Assembly: GCA_032718475.1 (NCBI GenBank)
Contig: JAUCBJ010007030.1
Location: forward strand, 62,001 to 126,000
Length of the DNA stretch: 64,000 bases
Source: Nemertoderma westbladi
Taxonomy: Eukaryota; Animalia; Xenacoelomorpha
Direction: 5' to 3'
This document shows, one piece after another, positions 1-12,568 of this stretch. The notes below the pieces were generated by a model, which worked only from the letters and a program-made list of their open reading frames with translations, made no database searches and was not told the origin of the DNA. Within the stretch, counting starts at the first letter, position 1, and every line of letters begins with the position of its first letter. The position numbers and the translations under genes were made by a program.

Positions 1-769
1 TGTTATAAATTCCGACCTTTAGTTGTTATTAAGAGGCATAAATTACCATTTTAATTATTACACAGTCAAATAGACAATTTTAAATTTTGCGCGGGAAGGT
101 TTAAAAACTTTAAATGCATTTTACTGGTCTTTATTATTTCTCGATTTTGGGATTTTCTAAATTTTTTAAAATGCTACTCCTCCGCCATTTCTCAATGGAC
201 TTTGATTCTGTTTCTTTTGCTCTGCTCATAAACTCAATAAGAATATAATTCTTTGACAGAATTTCGAAACTAGAATTTGTTCTCATTTTATAACCAAATA
301 AGTATGAAAAAAGATTTTCTAAATTTTGAATTAAGAAAAGTGCCCTAACAATTTAATTTTTGTGAAATTTGAAAATGTAAAAATGACATAAATGATTTTA
401 TAAATAAGTTAGTTAGCTTATATTTATGTTGGCGGTTGGAGCCATGTTATAATAATATAGCTTGGCCCTACTGGTTATTAATAGCTATACCCCGCCTACC
501 GGTAGGTAATGCAGTAGGCCTATCTGGCTGTTAGGCAAATTTCCACCTATTGTTTACGTGGTAACCAATGACGCCGTAACTTTACAGCTTGCCGTCATTG
601 GTTATTACATAAACAAGGGACATTACAACACCCAATACAATACTAAATGTACAGGCCAATACAATGCTGTAATGTCCTCAAAAGTTGTAAAGTGCTAAAT
701 AACAACTCGCTGTTAATACTAACGGCGTTGTGTAATGTTACAATTTTGGAATAAAAAATATTACATATA

Positions 770-1235
770 TTAAGGATGATGTGTCGGATTGTCGATAAAA
801 TTGCGCCGCCACAACTCCATAACAGTCATAACATTTGCTAGATCATCAGCATCTTCAAGGATAGTGTATTTTAAGATGCGTCTCAAGAAAGTCATGGGCT
901 GTCCACCTTGCTTATTCACTATATGAGGACGCCCAAGCACAAGATTATGCACTGGCTGGTCCTCACGGCGATAGCAATGTCCTGCAAAGCGGAGGCAGCG
1001 CAGTTAAAATGTCAAGTTGGGTGAGACTAATGAAATATCTCCAATGTTGTATAGAGTCTCATTGGAGATGAGTTCATTGTATTTGACAAAATAAACCCGG
1101 CTCAGCATTCTTGTGTAAGCATGCAGAGATTTGGTATCTTCTGCAGTTAAAGTCCAGTATGGACCCCATTTAAGGGGAATGGTTCTACTGCACCCCTAAT
1201 TAATCGAACCTTGAGATTCTGTTTTAACGGCTATA
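770..1235 (-). mobile_element. RTE-type LINE 3' fragment
   Basis: Degenerate C-terminus (LRFAGHC..REDQPVHNL...WRRNF), clearly the same family as the copies at 46887-47392, 10270-10910 and 58239-58880. Confidence 0.8.
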
Positions 1236-1669
1236 ACATAAACCTTGAGAATCCCACCACACCCATATCTTGTACAGTATAGAGTTTCTTGTACAGAATC
1301 CCACCACCCATCTCTTGTACAGAGTTTCTTCATTATCATCATATGCCTGAAAGGAAATCAAACATAAATTTTAGGCTTTTCCAGCATTTCAATCAAATAA
1401 ATAAAGAGCTCACAAATCAAATCGAACAATAGAACATTTATTACAAACTCATAAAATAATATACTAATTTGGTAATTTCATTTTAATCAATAATTTCAAT
1501 TTCATTGTTATAATAGGATGGGATCTCCATCCACATTTCCCATCTAATTATTATAATGATTCATCAATAAATTAATATATTAAATTACAATCATATTTTA
1601 TCGGGCTCTTTATTACGGTTTTTGAGAATTATATTTCGTATGATTCTAAAAAAATTTAGTGTATTTTGA

Positions 1670-1896
1670 AGGGCAACTGTCTCGACTGTTACCTATAAGG
1701 CAGGGATGAGGGCGCCACACAAACTCCCAATGGTAAACACTCCGTAAATATATTTATTTTTTTTTCTCCCCCAGCATAAGCCAGATTCACATAGGCCTAT
1801 CGCTGGGTTGGTTCTTACGAAATGGTAACTGGCTCGCCAAGGGATCGAATCCGGGACTCCCATCTAGAAGCATTCGAGTGACTACTCCACCAGCTA
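1670..1896 (-). mobile_element. tRNA-derived SINE (degenerate)
   Basis: Minus strand TAGCTGGTGGAGTAG...GGATTCGATCCC (A/B-box-like) followed by a non-tRNA body. Confidence 0.5.
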
Positions 1897-2582
1897 GATG
1901 GTGGAGTGGTTAAACGTAGCTAGCAACATTTGAAATTTCAAAATTTAGTTAGAAATTTTATAGTTACTGTAATAAACATTTTGATAAATTACAGTAGATA
2001 AATAGTGGCAAACATTTTGTTTTAATAATAATTTACCTACTTATGGCTCTACCTCCCCTTTACTGTCTGCTGATTGGTTATATGAGTGAGTGAGATTATA
2101 TGAGTGAGACTCGCAATTAATAAGTTTTCCAGCATAAATTGGTCGCATATGAAATACAATTTGTTTATTATATTGGTTAGAAAATACCTACACAGTAAAC
2201 TGCTCCTTATTGTTTTAAATTAATTACGTTTTTTTAAAACCCATTTACAATGTATCATTTTTGAGTTCATTTTTGTTTGCATGTTCATTTGAATGAATTC
2301 GGAGGGAGTTAGGTGGATCTGCGGAATAGAGAAACCAACGTTTGGAGGAAGGCGAGTTGAGTAGCGCTGTGTTCTGGGGATACTTTAGTAAATAATGAGC
2401 CTAAATTTGAGTCCGGATTAAATATATTAGTGTTTGATCGTGAGGGATCCTACTTGGAGTTTATAGAGGAGGGCAACGTAATCTAGGTAGAATGCCAAGA
2501 GGCTTATATATCGGTTTAGAAGAAGTTTGGTAGTTCGAGGATATAAAGCAGCGGACGTGAATGAGTGAAAAGGATGTTGAGT

Positions 2583-2650
2583 TTACGTAGCGGGAAGCAG
2601 TTGTACAGTTATGGTGAATGTGCGCAATGGATGAAGTTGATGCTCAATAT
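2583..2650 (-). CDS. Probable terminal coding exon (DIEHQLHPLRTFTITVQLLPAT*)
   Basis: ttctattcag acceptor 111 nt after the previous donor, phase 1 compatible, TAA stop; no recognisable domain. Confidence 0.5.
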
Positions 2651-2761
2651 CTGAATAGAAATAAAAGTATAAACAAATTCGAAATTTTAAACAACAACTA
2701 ATATTATTTGGATTTACATTGATGATTCAATGATGATACAAATACTTTAATTCCACCTAAC

Positions 2762-2930
2762 CTTGCCAATTTATTTTGAATCCTGGGCGAGTAACGGAAG
2801 AATCAGAAGTGAACTTTAGAGTCATTGTATTGCCAGTTGATGTAATTGGGGATGGAACATCGGCCCCAGACAACTTTGCCATTTGAGGTGGATCATCATT
2901 CCCTGACCACAACATAAGTCCATCATAAAC
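2762..2930 (-). CDS. CUB3 C-terminal half exon (VYDGLMLWSG...LSGADVPSPITSTGNTMTLKFTSDSSVTRPGFKINWQ)
   Basis: tttaag acceptor, gttagg donor, FTSD.S....GF motif; not present in the ORF track. Confidence 0.92.
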
Positions 2931-3345
2931 CTTAAAAATAAAACAATGAATGTGTGAATCAGGCTTATTTATTAAGCCAGGGAAAGAAAACTAATGTGGT
3001 GTACCACAATATTTTGCCCCCCCCCCCCCCCCCCCCCCTACAGCCAAAACGGCAAAATCTCAATGTGTTAAAACGCGTGTTAAGTAGAATTTAAATACAA
3101 TTCTTCTTACATCCAACTTTTATCAAGTTATATCAGCTTTTACTCGCAATCTTAGTAATATTAGAATAGGTGGATATTCAAATTAATTGTTTTTGTATTG
3201 ACAAGCGATTGGTACTAAATTGTTTGATATACCGTACCGGTACAAACCAAAACCAATAATAATTAATGTTGTAATCTAACTAAGCAGACTGCAGACGTAG
3301 AATGGCTGGTTTAATAAATGATAATGATGGGAATCGTGTTAAGCA

Positions 3346-3580
3346 GCGAGCCGTGCCGAGCCAGCCGAGCCGAGCCGAGCCGAGCCGTGCCGAGCCGAGC
3401 CGAGCCGAGCCGAGCCGAGCCGAGCCGAGCCGAGCCGAGCCGAGCCGAGCCGAGCCGAGCCGAGCCGAGCCGAGCCGAGCCGAGCCGAGCCGAGCCGAGC
3501 CGAGCCGAGCCGAGCCGAGCCGAGCCGAGCCGAGCCGAGCCGAGCCGAGCCGAGCCGAGCCGAGCCGAGCCGAGCCGAGC
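3346..3580. repeat. (GCCGA)n pentanucleotide microsatellite, ~46 units
   Basis: Directly visible; accounts for the spurious SRAEP/LGSAR ORFs. Confidence 0.98.
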
Positions 3581-3599
3581 TTTGGCTGTCGCATTTAGG

Positions 3600-4540
3600 A
3601 TCGCGCGCGATTTTCATTACGTACGAATTTCATTACAAAAAACTGGATTTCGAATGTCCGTGGCTGTTCATTGCGATGGGCGCAAGACAATTGGTCGAAG
3701 CCATTCGAAATTGGACGACCAATTGCTCTTTCACAAGAAACATGCAACATTATTCTTGCTTCAAGCGGAAGACAACGGAAAAGCCATCGTGAAGTTCAGC
3801 GTGAAATCCGAGTTGAGCGCAACAACTCGTCCCCATTTAAACAATCGGTCGGCAAAGAGAGAGGGAGGGCATCAAAGAGAGAGAGAGGGCATCAAGAAAT
3901 TCAAGGTTATCAAGAAACAATTGAAGACAGAACGAAATCGAGAGGATCGATTGTAGTTTGCGGCCTATTTAGAGGTTTCGACTGAAGATGTTTTTCTTCA
4001 CCTTGCTCCTTAAAGTTTTTTGTGTGGACTGTGCGTCGGGCTAATTCACAAAATGACTAGATTTGGGCTCATACATTAGATGACATTCCAGAGGAGGAGC
4101 GCTATCGATCGATGCCCAATCAACCTGCATACATTGGGATCTTCGTTTGTTTCACAGCTCTTAAGATGATGTGGGTAGGATGTTGGACAATCCTGGAATG
4201 GAATATCTTCGAAATATCTAACTCAGCATGTTATTCCATTCCTGCACAACGCAGACAATGTCTTGGATGCTGACGAAGTTGTTTTGATCCATGATAGAGC
4301 ACCATGCGTGCCCTCGCAACATAAGACCTCTTATGAACAAGTGGTTTAGATTTCTTTGCAAATGAAGATGGTCAATGCCCTGCCGCTTCTTCTGATTTAT
4401 GTGGTGCTGAAGGTATTGGTTCAAACCTGAAGAGAAGGGTGGAGGAGCTATGCATCGTCAACCACTAACTCACAGGCTATACTCCATGAGAAACTTCTTC
4501 TGGCTCTAAGCGAGTTGGAAAACCGTGTAGAATTATTTCA
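3600..4540 (+). mobile_element. Degenerate Tc1/mariner-superfamily transposase
   Basis: Frameshifted motifs GRP..LS, NSQND.IW, VVLIHDRAPC and PAASSDLCGAEGIG (resembles WP..SPDLN..E). Confidence 0.65.
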
Positions 4541-4588
4541 AGTAATGTAATAGAAATATAATTGTGAGTGAGTCTGAATGTTTCTTAC

Positions 4589-4773
4589 ATAGAGGGGGTC
4601 CCAGTAATTTTCTGTACGGAAGGCCTCAAAAGTTATTTTGACTTTTTTCCCTGGAGATGCGCGGATATAGTAAATGCATTCATCAATATCAGCTCCATAA
4701 TTATTAGGATAATTTGGTGATTCAATGGGATGGTTGTGGTATTCTCCAAATGAACCCCTTCCACTTCCGCATC
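4589..4773 (-). CDS. CUB3 N-terminal half exon (CGSGRGSFGEYHNHPIESPNYPNNYG...FEAFRTENYWDPLY)
   Basis: tttcag acceptor, gtaaga donor, SPNYP motif. Confidence 0.93.
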
Positions 4774-5801
4774 CTGAAAGCATCAAAAATTGAAAATAAA
4801 AGCTTGAGGTAATATAAAATATAATTGATGAATATGATTTTACTAAAATAGACCACTGGTTCATTGACAATAAAAACTTTAGAAAAATTTAATATACTCT
4901 TTATATCACTACTCATAGGAGCTGTATAACACCTAAGGTAACTTATTATTTGTGTGTTTGAGTGAATGAGTGGTTTCATATTATTATATCGAATCAACTG
5001 GACGAATCATTGTTAATATATTTCTTCGAAAAATCCAAATTATCAAGTATTTTCTTTAAATTCTGACACATTTTACCACTACATAGCCCTGTACTTCTCA
5101 CTACTAGTTACCTATGAGGGTTTTCTCTACGGAATTTTAATGTGGCGAAATAGTTACAACTATATATAATACATCGTTAATGAAAGTAAAAATAAGTAAG
5201 AATTTCAGAGCAATAACTATTAGCCAATACCAATGACATGCAGCGCCAAGGATGAAGAAGGAACATAGGTGACTGTAATACGAATAATACAGTATAATGC
5301 GGCAGTTGCAGTTGACAACAGACCGGTAGATCAGTAGATCACAGAAACGCTGTACGGTACAAAGCAGGTAACGTGACCGGTAAGGGGCCTAGGTACCTAG
5401 CACATCCGTACACTGAACAGTCAGCTCGGGTCGAGCCTAAGCAAGCACAGTCAACCATATCCCAGGGCGGATGATTAACATCCCAATCTAACTACAGTAG
5501 TGTGAGGTATGGCGCAACATCTATATATACATTTCTAAAAGTTCTCACAAGAGAAATATTGTTTGACACAGAAGTAGCTAAATTTCTGTATGACATTAAC
5601 ATACGTAAAAAACTAAACATTGCCAAAACATACTCCGTCATACAAGCACAATACATATAAATATCCGACGCAAAAATGGACAAACATTATTTGTCCATAA
5701 ACTTTCCCAAATATCTATAAACACGTAGGACAAAAATTTGGAATGAATTACATTTAGATTAAAAAACTTAACAACTAAAAGTGCTCTAGCAAATAAGTAA
5801 A

Positions 5802-5866
5802 CTATACGTAGGTTTCGGGCTATCAGGCCTCATCAGTAGCGCTAACCAGTTCAGCCACTCTCCCCT
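5802..5866 (-). ncRNA. tRNA-like A box fused to a hammerhead ribozyme core (3'-truncated copy)
   Basis: GGGGAGAGTGGCTGAACTGGTTAGCGCTA-CTGATGA-GGCCTGATAGCCC-GAAA-CCTACG-TA-TAG. Confidence 0.65.
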
Positions 5867-7620
5867 GATACCTGTAGTCCCATTCTATCGAACTGGTATT
5901 CGAACACCGGACCACCGCACCGACCTCAAGTATGTTAGAGTGAAACAGAAAAGGAAGAACATTATTTGAAAAAATTCCTATTTTTGCTGTGCCTTCCTCT
6001 TACTCGTGCAACAATATAGCAACCTGAATTCTGTGCACTAATCCAGTATAATTATTTTAAGGCAAGACTTTCCCTATAAACCATCACAACGTAATAAATA
6101 GAACTATTTATGAATTATTTTAACTTACCCATTGTAAATTTTTCAAATTAGAATGTAATAATTTTGGTATGACAAGCCGTATTTAGCAAGACGTAATCAA
6201 ACTCACATATCGGTTTCGTTTTTTCCCATGTTTCGTTTTTAGAAAGTAAACTATTTCAGAATTTGATATTTATTTTTAAGCGCTATGAAACTGAAACTTT
6301 TTTTTGGTTAGAAAATATCCCACCCCCGGGTAAGTGTGTAATATGATAGCAGATCGTTGTGCAGTTTTGATTTAGGTCTGGACCTTACCATATGCTAGTG
6401 AAATTACCCCCCCACCCACACCCCTCCCGAAAATACTATTTGCAAAACCATTTATATACAGCTGCTGTATAGGGTTATTAATCTATTTCATTCATTGAAT
6501 TAAACGAAATACAAACCAATGATATCTGGAAACTCCTGAACTATAATTATTAGTTTTAATAGGGATTGCAGTTTAACACACTAACACAGTCTGACTGCAC
6601 AGTCCGCGGTCCCCCCGGACTGTATCCGCGGGGGGACAGATTCCGCTGTTACACCGGTACACTTTCCAACATCTGAAACCGTCCTAACCTACAGTAGTTA
6701 TGCATACCATGTGCCTACGCGCAGTTTAATATAATAAGAATGTTGCTAACCGTAGCTCAACCTCAAATATTAAATCATGTAAAATATATCTGCTTCCATC
6801 TTACACAGAAAACCCATGCGATCATTCTGAGCAACGAACCAAATAAACCACTAAATTTTCACATTTAAATCACATTATTTATATATTTACACTTTCCGTA
6901 GTTCCTTCCGCACGTAGTTACAAGTACAAAAACTGAAAGACATCCTCTGTCCTTTTCACCAGCAACCCCAGTAAACTAACTAACTCAAAATTAAATCAGT
7001 TATTTTAGTTCACACGTTTCTTAGTTACAATACAAAACTATCAACATAAAATACAATCTTACCTATCTAAATCTTTAAATTTCAACATCAATTTAAATAT
7101 AATATGTAAAATGTAATATTACAGTACATTCATTACATTCATAGAAGCACCCAATGCGGCAATTTTGATACATATAACGGCTGATTTCACACATATCGAA
7201 ATCTACAATTTGCGACTTACACGGTAAATTTAAAATTAATCTAATATTCCAACATGTTAGGCTAGGACCTCAATATGGCTACACGTAGTTCAATATAATA
7301 TAACCGTGGTTACACGTAGATCAAAAATACCTTTAAAATTAAGTATAATATTCCAATATGTTAGGCTAGCAATCCCAATCTGGCTAGACGTAGTTCAATA
7401 TAATATAACGGTGGCTAAAAATATGGTAAAAAAATGGTCCAAAAATATCATTTATGTAAAATATAACGGCTGATTTACTCATCAGAAAACATTTTCAATC
7501 ATAGTCAGCAACAAACCGCATACACAACCTACTTCACACCTAAATCGCATTTTACATTTTGTATTTGTAATTGTAACTACGTAACGTGTATACAATGTAA
7601 CTTAATTTTGTATTGTTTCG

Positions 7621-7657
7621 TTCCTGAAGATGGCCCTAGCGGCAGAAATATATTGAA
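7621..7657 (+). ncRNA. Minimal type I hammerhead-like motif (Penelope pLTR remnant, degenerate)
   Basis: TTC-CTGAAGA-T-GGCC-CTAGC-GGCA-GAAA-TATA-TT-GAA. Confidence 0.55.
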
Positions 7658-7928
7658 GAGAACAGTTTCTATAATAGTATCGGGGCGGGAAACTCCATTT
7701 CTAAACCAATTTGATTATATTCTAAATGGATACCGGTACCCAAAAGTCGGCTTGTCGTAGTTTGAATGAAATAGTCGATATTGTCTGGATAGGGAGGGCA
7801 ATAAGGATCTGATTTACTGCGACTCTACCACCCCCCCCCCCCCCCACACAATTGTTTGAGTGTTCTACAGTAACTTGGTTGTATTTTGTACGAGTGGCGC
7901 CCAGCCCTGCAAAAACAGATATACTTAC

Positions 7929-8127
7929 CAGAAACATAAGGTCGATAGGTTAAAGCAAACCCTGGATCTGCAGCTCCATTGCTATTGGATACGAAACGCA
8001 TGGTAATTTGATTAAATCCGGGATTGGAAAGTTTATAGTTAACTTCCATACTTCCATGGTCCCAGTCTCCATTTACTATAGCTATTTGTTTGCTGCTGTC
8101 ATGGGCATCGATGTTACCATTATAGAT
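7929..8127 (-). CDS. CUB2 C-terminal half exon (IYNGNIDAHDSSKQIAIVNG...ITMRFVSNSNGAADPGFALTYRPYVS)
   Basis: tttatag acceptor, gtaagt donor, phase 0 to 1, CUB C-terminal motif. Confidence 0.9.
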
Positions 8128-8196
8128 CTATAAAAGAAAACGATAAAGATCTCATTAAAAATAGCCGTAATGGTTCAATATTTGCATATTTTGAAT

Positions 8197-8230
<34 letters not shown>

Positions 8231-8354
8231 ATCTGAAAAACGGCTTAGAGAGATCTCTTTTAGTTCTTGAGATATCGTGGAATATCTGCCTGCCAATCTG
8301 TCTGTCAAAATGTAAGACAGACAGACAGACAACCGACAGAAGAAAACTACTTAA

Positions 8355-9570
8355 CATACTAGAGCAAGACATTGGGGTGTGCCAGAACCCATTTAAGTTG
8401 GTTTAAATCGTATCTCGACGGACGCACACAACAGACTCGTGTAGGATGTACGTATTCCAGAACTCACAATCTGCGTTTCGGTCTGCCTCAGGGCTTGGTG
8501 CTCGGGCCAATTCTATTCACGATCTATACCAGATCTCTGTCTTCTGTGATTCGACGACATGGCTTGTCATACCACCTTTATGCGGATGACACACAATTGT
8601 ATATTGTTTTCAAGCCGGAAAATATAGAACAAGCAGTAAATGTTACCGAAAATTGCGTGAGTGATATCAATAATTGGATGACGACGTTTTTTCTAAAATT
8701 TAACACCGACAAAACGGAGGTAATGTTACTTCAATCTCGCTTTGGCACCAGATACCCCCCGCCAACGGTTAAGATAGGAAACGATGTGATTCACTGTAGT
8801 TCGGCCGCACGGAATATTGGCCTCGAGCTGGATTCCAATTTGACACTCACCAAACAAATCAAAACAACAGCATCTCCAGACTAAAACGGTACCTTGATAA
8901 ACATAACATGGAGACCTTGATACACGCCCTGGTTACCAGCAAGTTAGATGCGAACAAATCACTCTACTACAAAATCTATGGAAAAACTACAATATGTGCA
9001 AAATTCGGCAGCTCGTCTACTTTCCGGGGTAAAAAGACGGGATCATATTACCCCAATCCTTAAACCAATTGCATTGGCTCCCGATTAAACGTCGCATCGA
9101 CTATAAGATAGACGATGTTAACATATAAGTGTCTGAACGGATGCGCCCCAGCCTACCTGACTGAATTCTTAATCCCGTATACACCGGCTCGCGAGCTACG
9201 TTCAAGTCCTGTGGTCTACTCGTAGTCCCTAAATTTCGAACAGTCAATTACGGGAAACGCGCATTCTCAGTATCCGCTCCTACTACATGGAACGCACTCC
9301 CCCAACACATTCGTGAATCCGAATCGCTATTCTGTTTCAAAAAGTCATTAAAAACTCAATATTTTAATCTGGAATACAATAACTATGTAGAAATCAGAAA
9401 CTTTGTTTGTTTTTTAAATATGATTTTAGAATTTTTACTGTTGTTTTATTTAAGTACGATCTAGAATTTTACAGTTTTTATAGCCGCTGTTGTTATTTAG
9501 ATCGCGCCTTGAACAAAAACTCCGATAAGGCGCCATACAAATATAATATATTATTATTATTATTATTATT
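8355..9570 (+). mobile_element. 5'-truncated L2-clade LINE (RT C-terminal part)
   Basis: GLPQG.VLGPILF, YADDTQLY, DHITP.L..LHWLP motifs, frameshifts, (ATT)n tail near 9547-9570. Confidence 0.88.
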
Positions 9571-9737
9571 AAGGACAGACTGCATTCCCCCAAATGTTAA
9601 AACTGACATCGGAAATGAAACCAGCGACCCCGAAAACCCCTATAAATATAGGTTTAGCTTGGTGGTGTACTTCCTTCATATGTGATAACTGAATGTACCG
9701 ACATACTGACTAACAGGGGGTTGTTATGTATATATTA

Positions 9738-9866
9738 ACTTTAAGGTAAACACTAGAGTCTTACAACCTTTAACTACAAAAAAAAATATATATTTTTTAT
9801 ATATATATAATATATATATTTTTTTGGTAGTTAATGGTTGTAAGACTCTAGTGTTTACCTTAAAGT
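9738..9866. mobile_element. Short foldback/MITE with an AT-rich centre
   Basis: ACTTTAAGGTAAACACTAGAGTCTTACAACC...GGTTGTAAGACTCTAGTGTTTACCTTAAAGT inverted repeat. Confidence 0.75.
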
Positions 9867-10269
9867 ACTTCCTTCATGTCAGACACTATTAACCAACCAG
9901 ACACCATACAGGCAATTTTGCGGGAAGGTTTTGGCGGGGTAATATGGAAACTTTTGGTGCTAGCACCAAATTTCATACCCATCACAAAAAGTACAAGTTT
10001 GAGATGGCCAGTGCTGATTTTATTGGTTCCCTGTGTTTCAGGACCCTCATAAATCCTAATAACACATGAGACAAGATGATACTATCTATTGATCAATTTG
10101 CTCATATTCAAATATTTGATGCCCGGGCACACAAATTTTCACCTACAGCCGAAAAATACAAGTTTGAGAACTCTTATGCAATTTTTACTTATTCCATTGA
10201 ATTCAGAAACCCCACAAACCCGTATAACGCACAATCAAGGTGACACAATCAACTCGTTCATCTCAACTC

Positions 10270-10910
10270 ATTTGAACAGGCTGCTTCTAGTGTTGGTCTT
10301 TTTATTAACTCCAAGAAGACCAACATTCTGACAGTTAACATTGAAAGTCTTCAGGAATGTCTGATCGTATGACCATAAACTCCAAGGTCTGTTAAACTTC
10401 TGTTATCTGGAATCATGGATCCAGAAGTCAGATGAGGAAAACGCAAGGGAAAGCATAGGCTGTCCAGGATTTGGATGGATTATAGAATTCGTTGGAAACT
10501 TAAGGTTCCTTTTTTTAGAGCAGCAATAGAATACTCCTATATATATTGGGCTCTAACTTCTGAGGAAACCAAATCTCTGGAAGAGGCATACGTAAGAATG
10601 ATACACTACTGGGTACACTGTCAAATACCATACGCACATCTCCAACCAGATACTATACTGCATTGGAGGTATCTCAATGGTCCCACAAAGGTTTTGGAGC
10701 TGTCTCATTGATACCGCCTCTGCTATGCAGAAGATTCTGTTCACCAGGCGGACGAGCATGTTCACAATGTTTTGTTTTGGCAGCCTCATTGAGAAAAAAG
10801 TATGGTGGTCAGCCCATGAGTTTCTTGAGACGCCTGTTAATATAGGACAGTGGTCTTGAAGATGGTGATAATCTCATGATCATGAAAGTCTTATGGGGAT
10901 AGGGTGTTGT
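10270..10910 (+). mobile_element. RTE-type LINE 3' fragment (degenerate)
   Basis: Matches 58320-58880 and the reverse complement of 46887-47392. Confidence 0.75.
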
Positions 10911-11439
10911 TGCGGTTGCTATGGTTCGACAACATTTGTGTCTACTGTTGATGGTTACACACATTCATTTGAAGTATTATGGGGAGTCCTCCAAGGAGAC
11001 ATTGCACTAATATTTTGTAGAGCATATCATATCAATGTGCAGCTGGCAGCAATGTAGAAGGCCGATTATTAAGAAGCTCTTAGCTTCTTTCCTGTCTCAA
11101 TTTTTCTGCAGATTTTTGGACATGGTGATGAGGATGATGGTGATTGTGAAGAAAAAAAAGGTGTGTAATTTCTCCCTATTTGGCTAGAGCTACAATAACA
11201 TGTATAGGCTTATTATACTACAATATACTGGGAAGAGCTATTCAGTTGGCGGGATAATACATTACAAACTTGTGCAGGCCTAGCTATTAGATTACAGCTA
11301 TAGGCTCTATAGATTACAATGCACAGTTAATGTTTGCTTAGAGTCTGAGAGATAGTGACATTGCAAACACAGCCGATAGGGTGTGAGGTAGGCCTAGGCC
11401 TAGCAGAGAGTTGTAGTTGCCCCAACAGACTAACTGACA

Positions 11440-11960
11440 CTTTGCAGATATGGACCTGATCATAGGGTGCGTGTTTGGTGAGAACGCTGACCAGTCTGCC
11501 GCTAGGGGGCGAAATGTTAGAAAGTGAAAAGCTTCTCCCATTTTGTTATTTATAATGTATTTTAGATTTATTTTAGATTACGATTTTGTATTTTAGCTGA
11601 TTCTTGGCAGACGTTTATTACACCATAGGCCGCGTGTTTGGGGAGGGCGCGACCAGTCTGCAGTTCTACAGTCTACCGCTATAGGGCGAAATTTCAGAAA
11701 GTGAAAATCTTCTCCCATTTCGTTACTTATAATGCTTTTTAGCTGATTTCTGGCAGAGTTATACTACACCATAGACTGCGTGTTTGGCGTTGGCGCTGAC
11801 CAGTTTGCAGTTCTCCAGTTTACCGCAAGGGGGCGAAATGTCAGAAAGTAAAAGCTTCTCCCATTTCGTCGAATGCTTTTTGGCTGATTATTGGCACATG
11901 TCTACTACACCATAGGCCGCACAACCGTTTTGTATTTGCTTTGGCAGGTATCTACTACAC
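11440..11960. repeat. Partial copy of the Helitron internal tandem repeat (opposite orientation to 49400-51130)
   Basis: Repeated CCGCTAGGGGGCGAAATGTCAGAAAGTGAAAA-type units. Confidence 0.7.
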
Positions 11961-12568
11961 AGTATAAGCCTCATTTTGTATTTGTAGTAGCCTGCCAATT
12001 AAAGCTGATTTTGTTTGGGAGTACACTGAGTCTTGTGACTTTTTCTTCTAAGTTACAGTAAGTAATGAATTAATTAATTAATGTTTGAATGGTTAAAACA
12101 TTATTGATGTATATACATTACTTTGAGTGTAACTTGAACGAAGAGGTGGACAGTTGAATAGTCTTCTGAAGCTTGATAGCTTCTTTCGCGGTGCGCTAGC
12201 ACTGCCATCTAGTAGTAGTAGTAGTAGTTGCCAATATATTTGTATATTATTTTGTATATTGTTTACAATATTTCAAAGTAAAGTTACCCAGTTCGATGTT
12301 TGCCAATCATTTTAGATGGTTGATTTCTTCTTAAGTTAATTATTATCTGATTAAAGTAACTTGATTTCAGTTGGTTAATGTGCGAATAAATAGTTTGGCT
12401 TAAATTGTCCAGGAGAATTTTAGCCAATCGGAGACAAATAATATAAACAGGATCGAATGTGTTTTCAATGTCAAAGGAAGCAGTATATATATAATATATA
12501 TATAATATATATATTGTGGATTTATTGTTTTTTGATGTTGGATGATTATTCTGATGTTTGTCACCCAT

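Noticed and set aside
3280-3956. ORFs with SRAEP/LGSAR repeats on both strands
   Set aside because: Translation artefacts of the stop-free (GCCGA)n microsatellite
8197-8228. Long G/C homopolymer tracts (also ~3017, 25050, 25845, 32130, 34955, 60860, 61765)
   Set aside because: Scattered without pattern, often inside repeats; lengths are unreliable in assemblies and the poly-Gly/Pro ORFs they create are spurious
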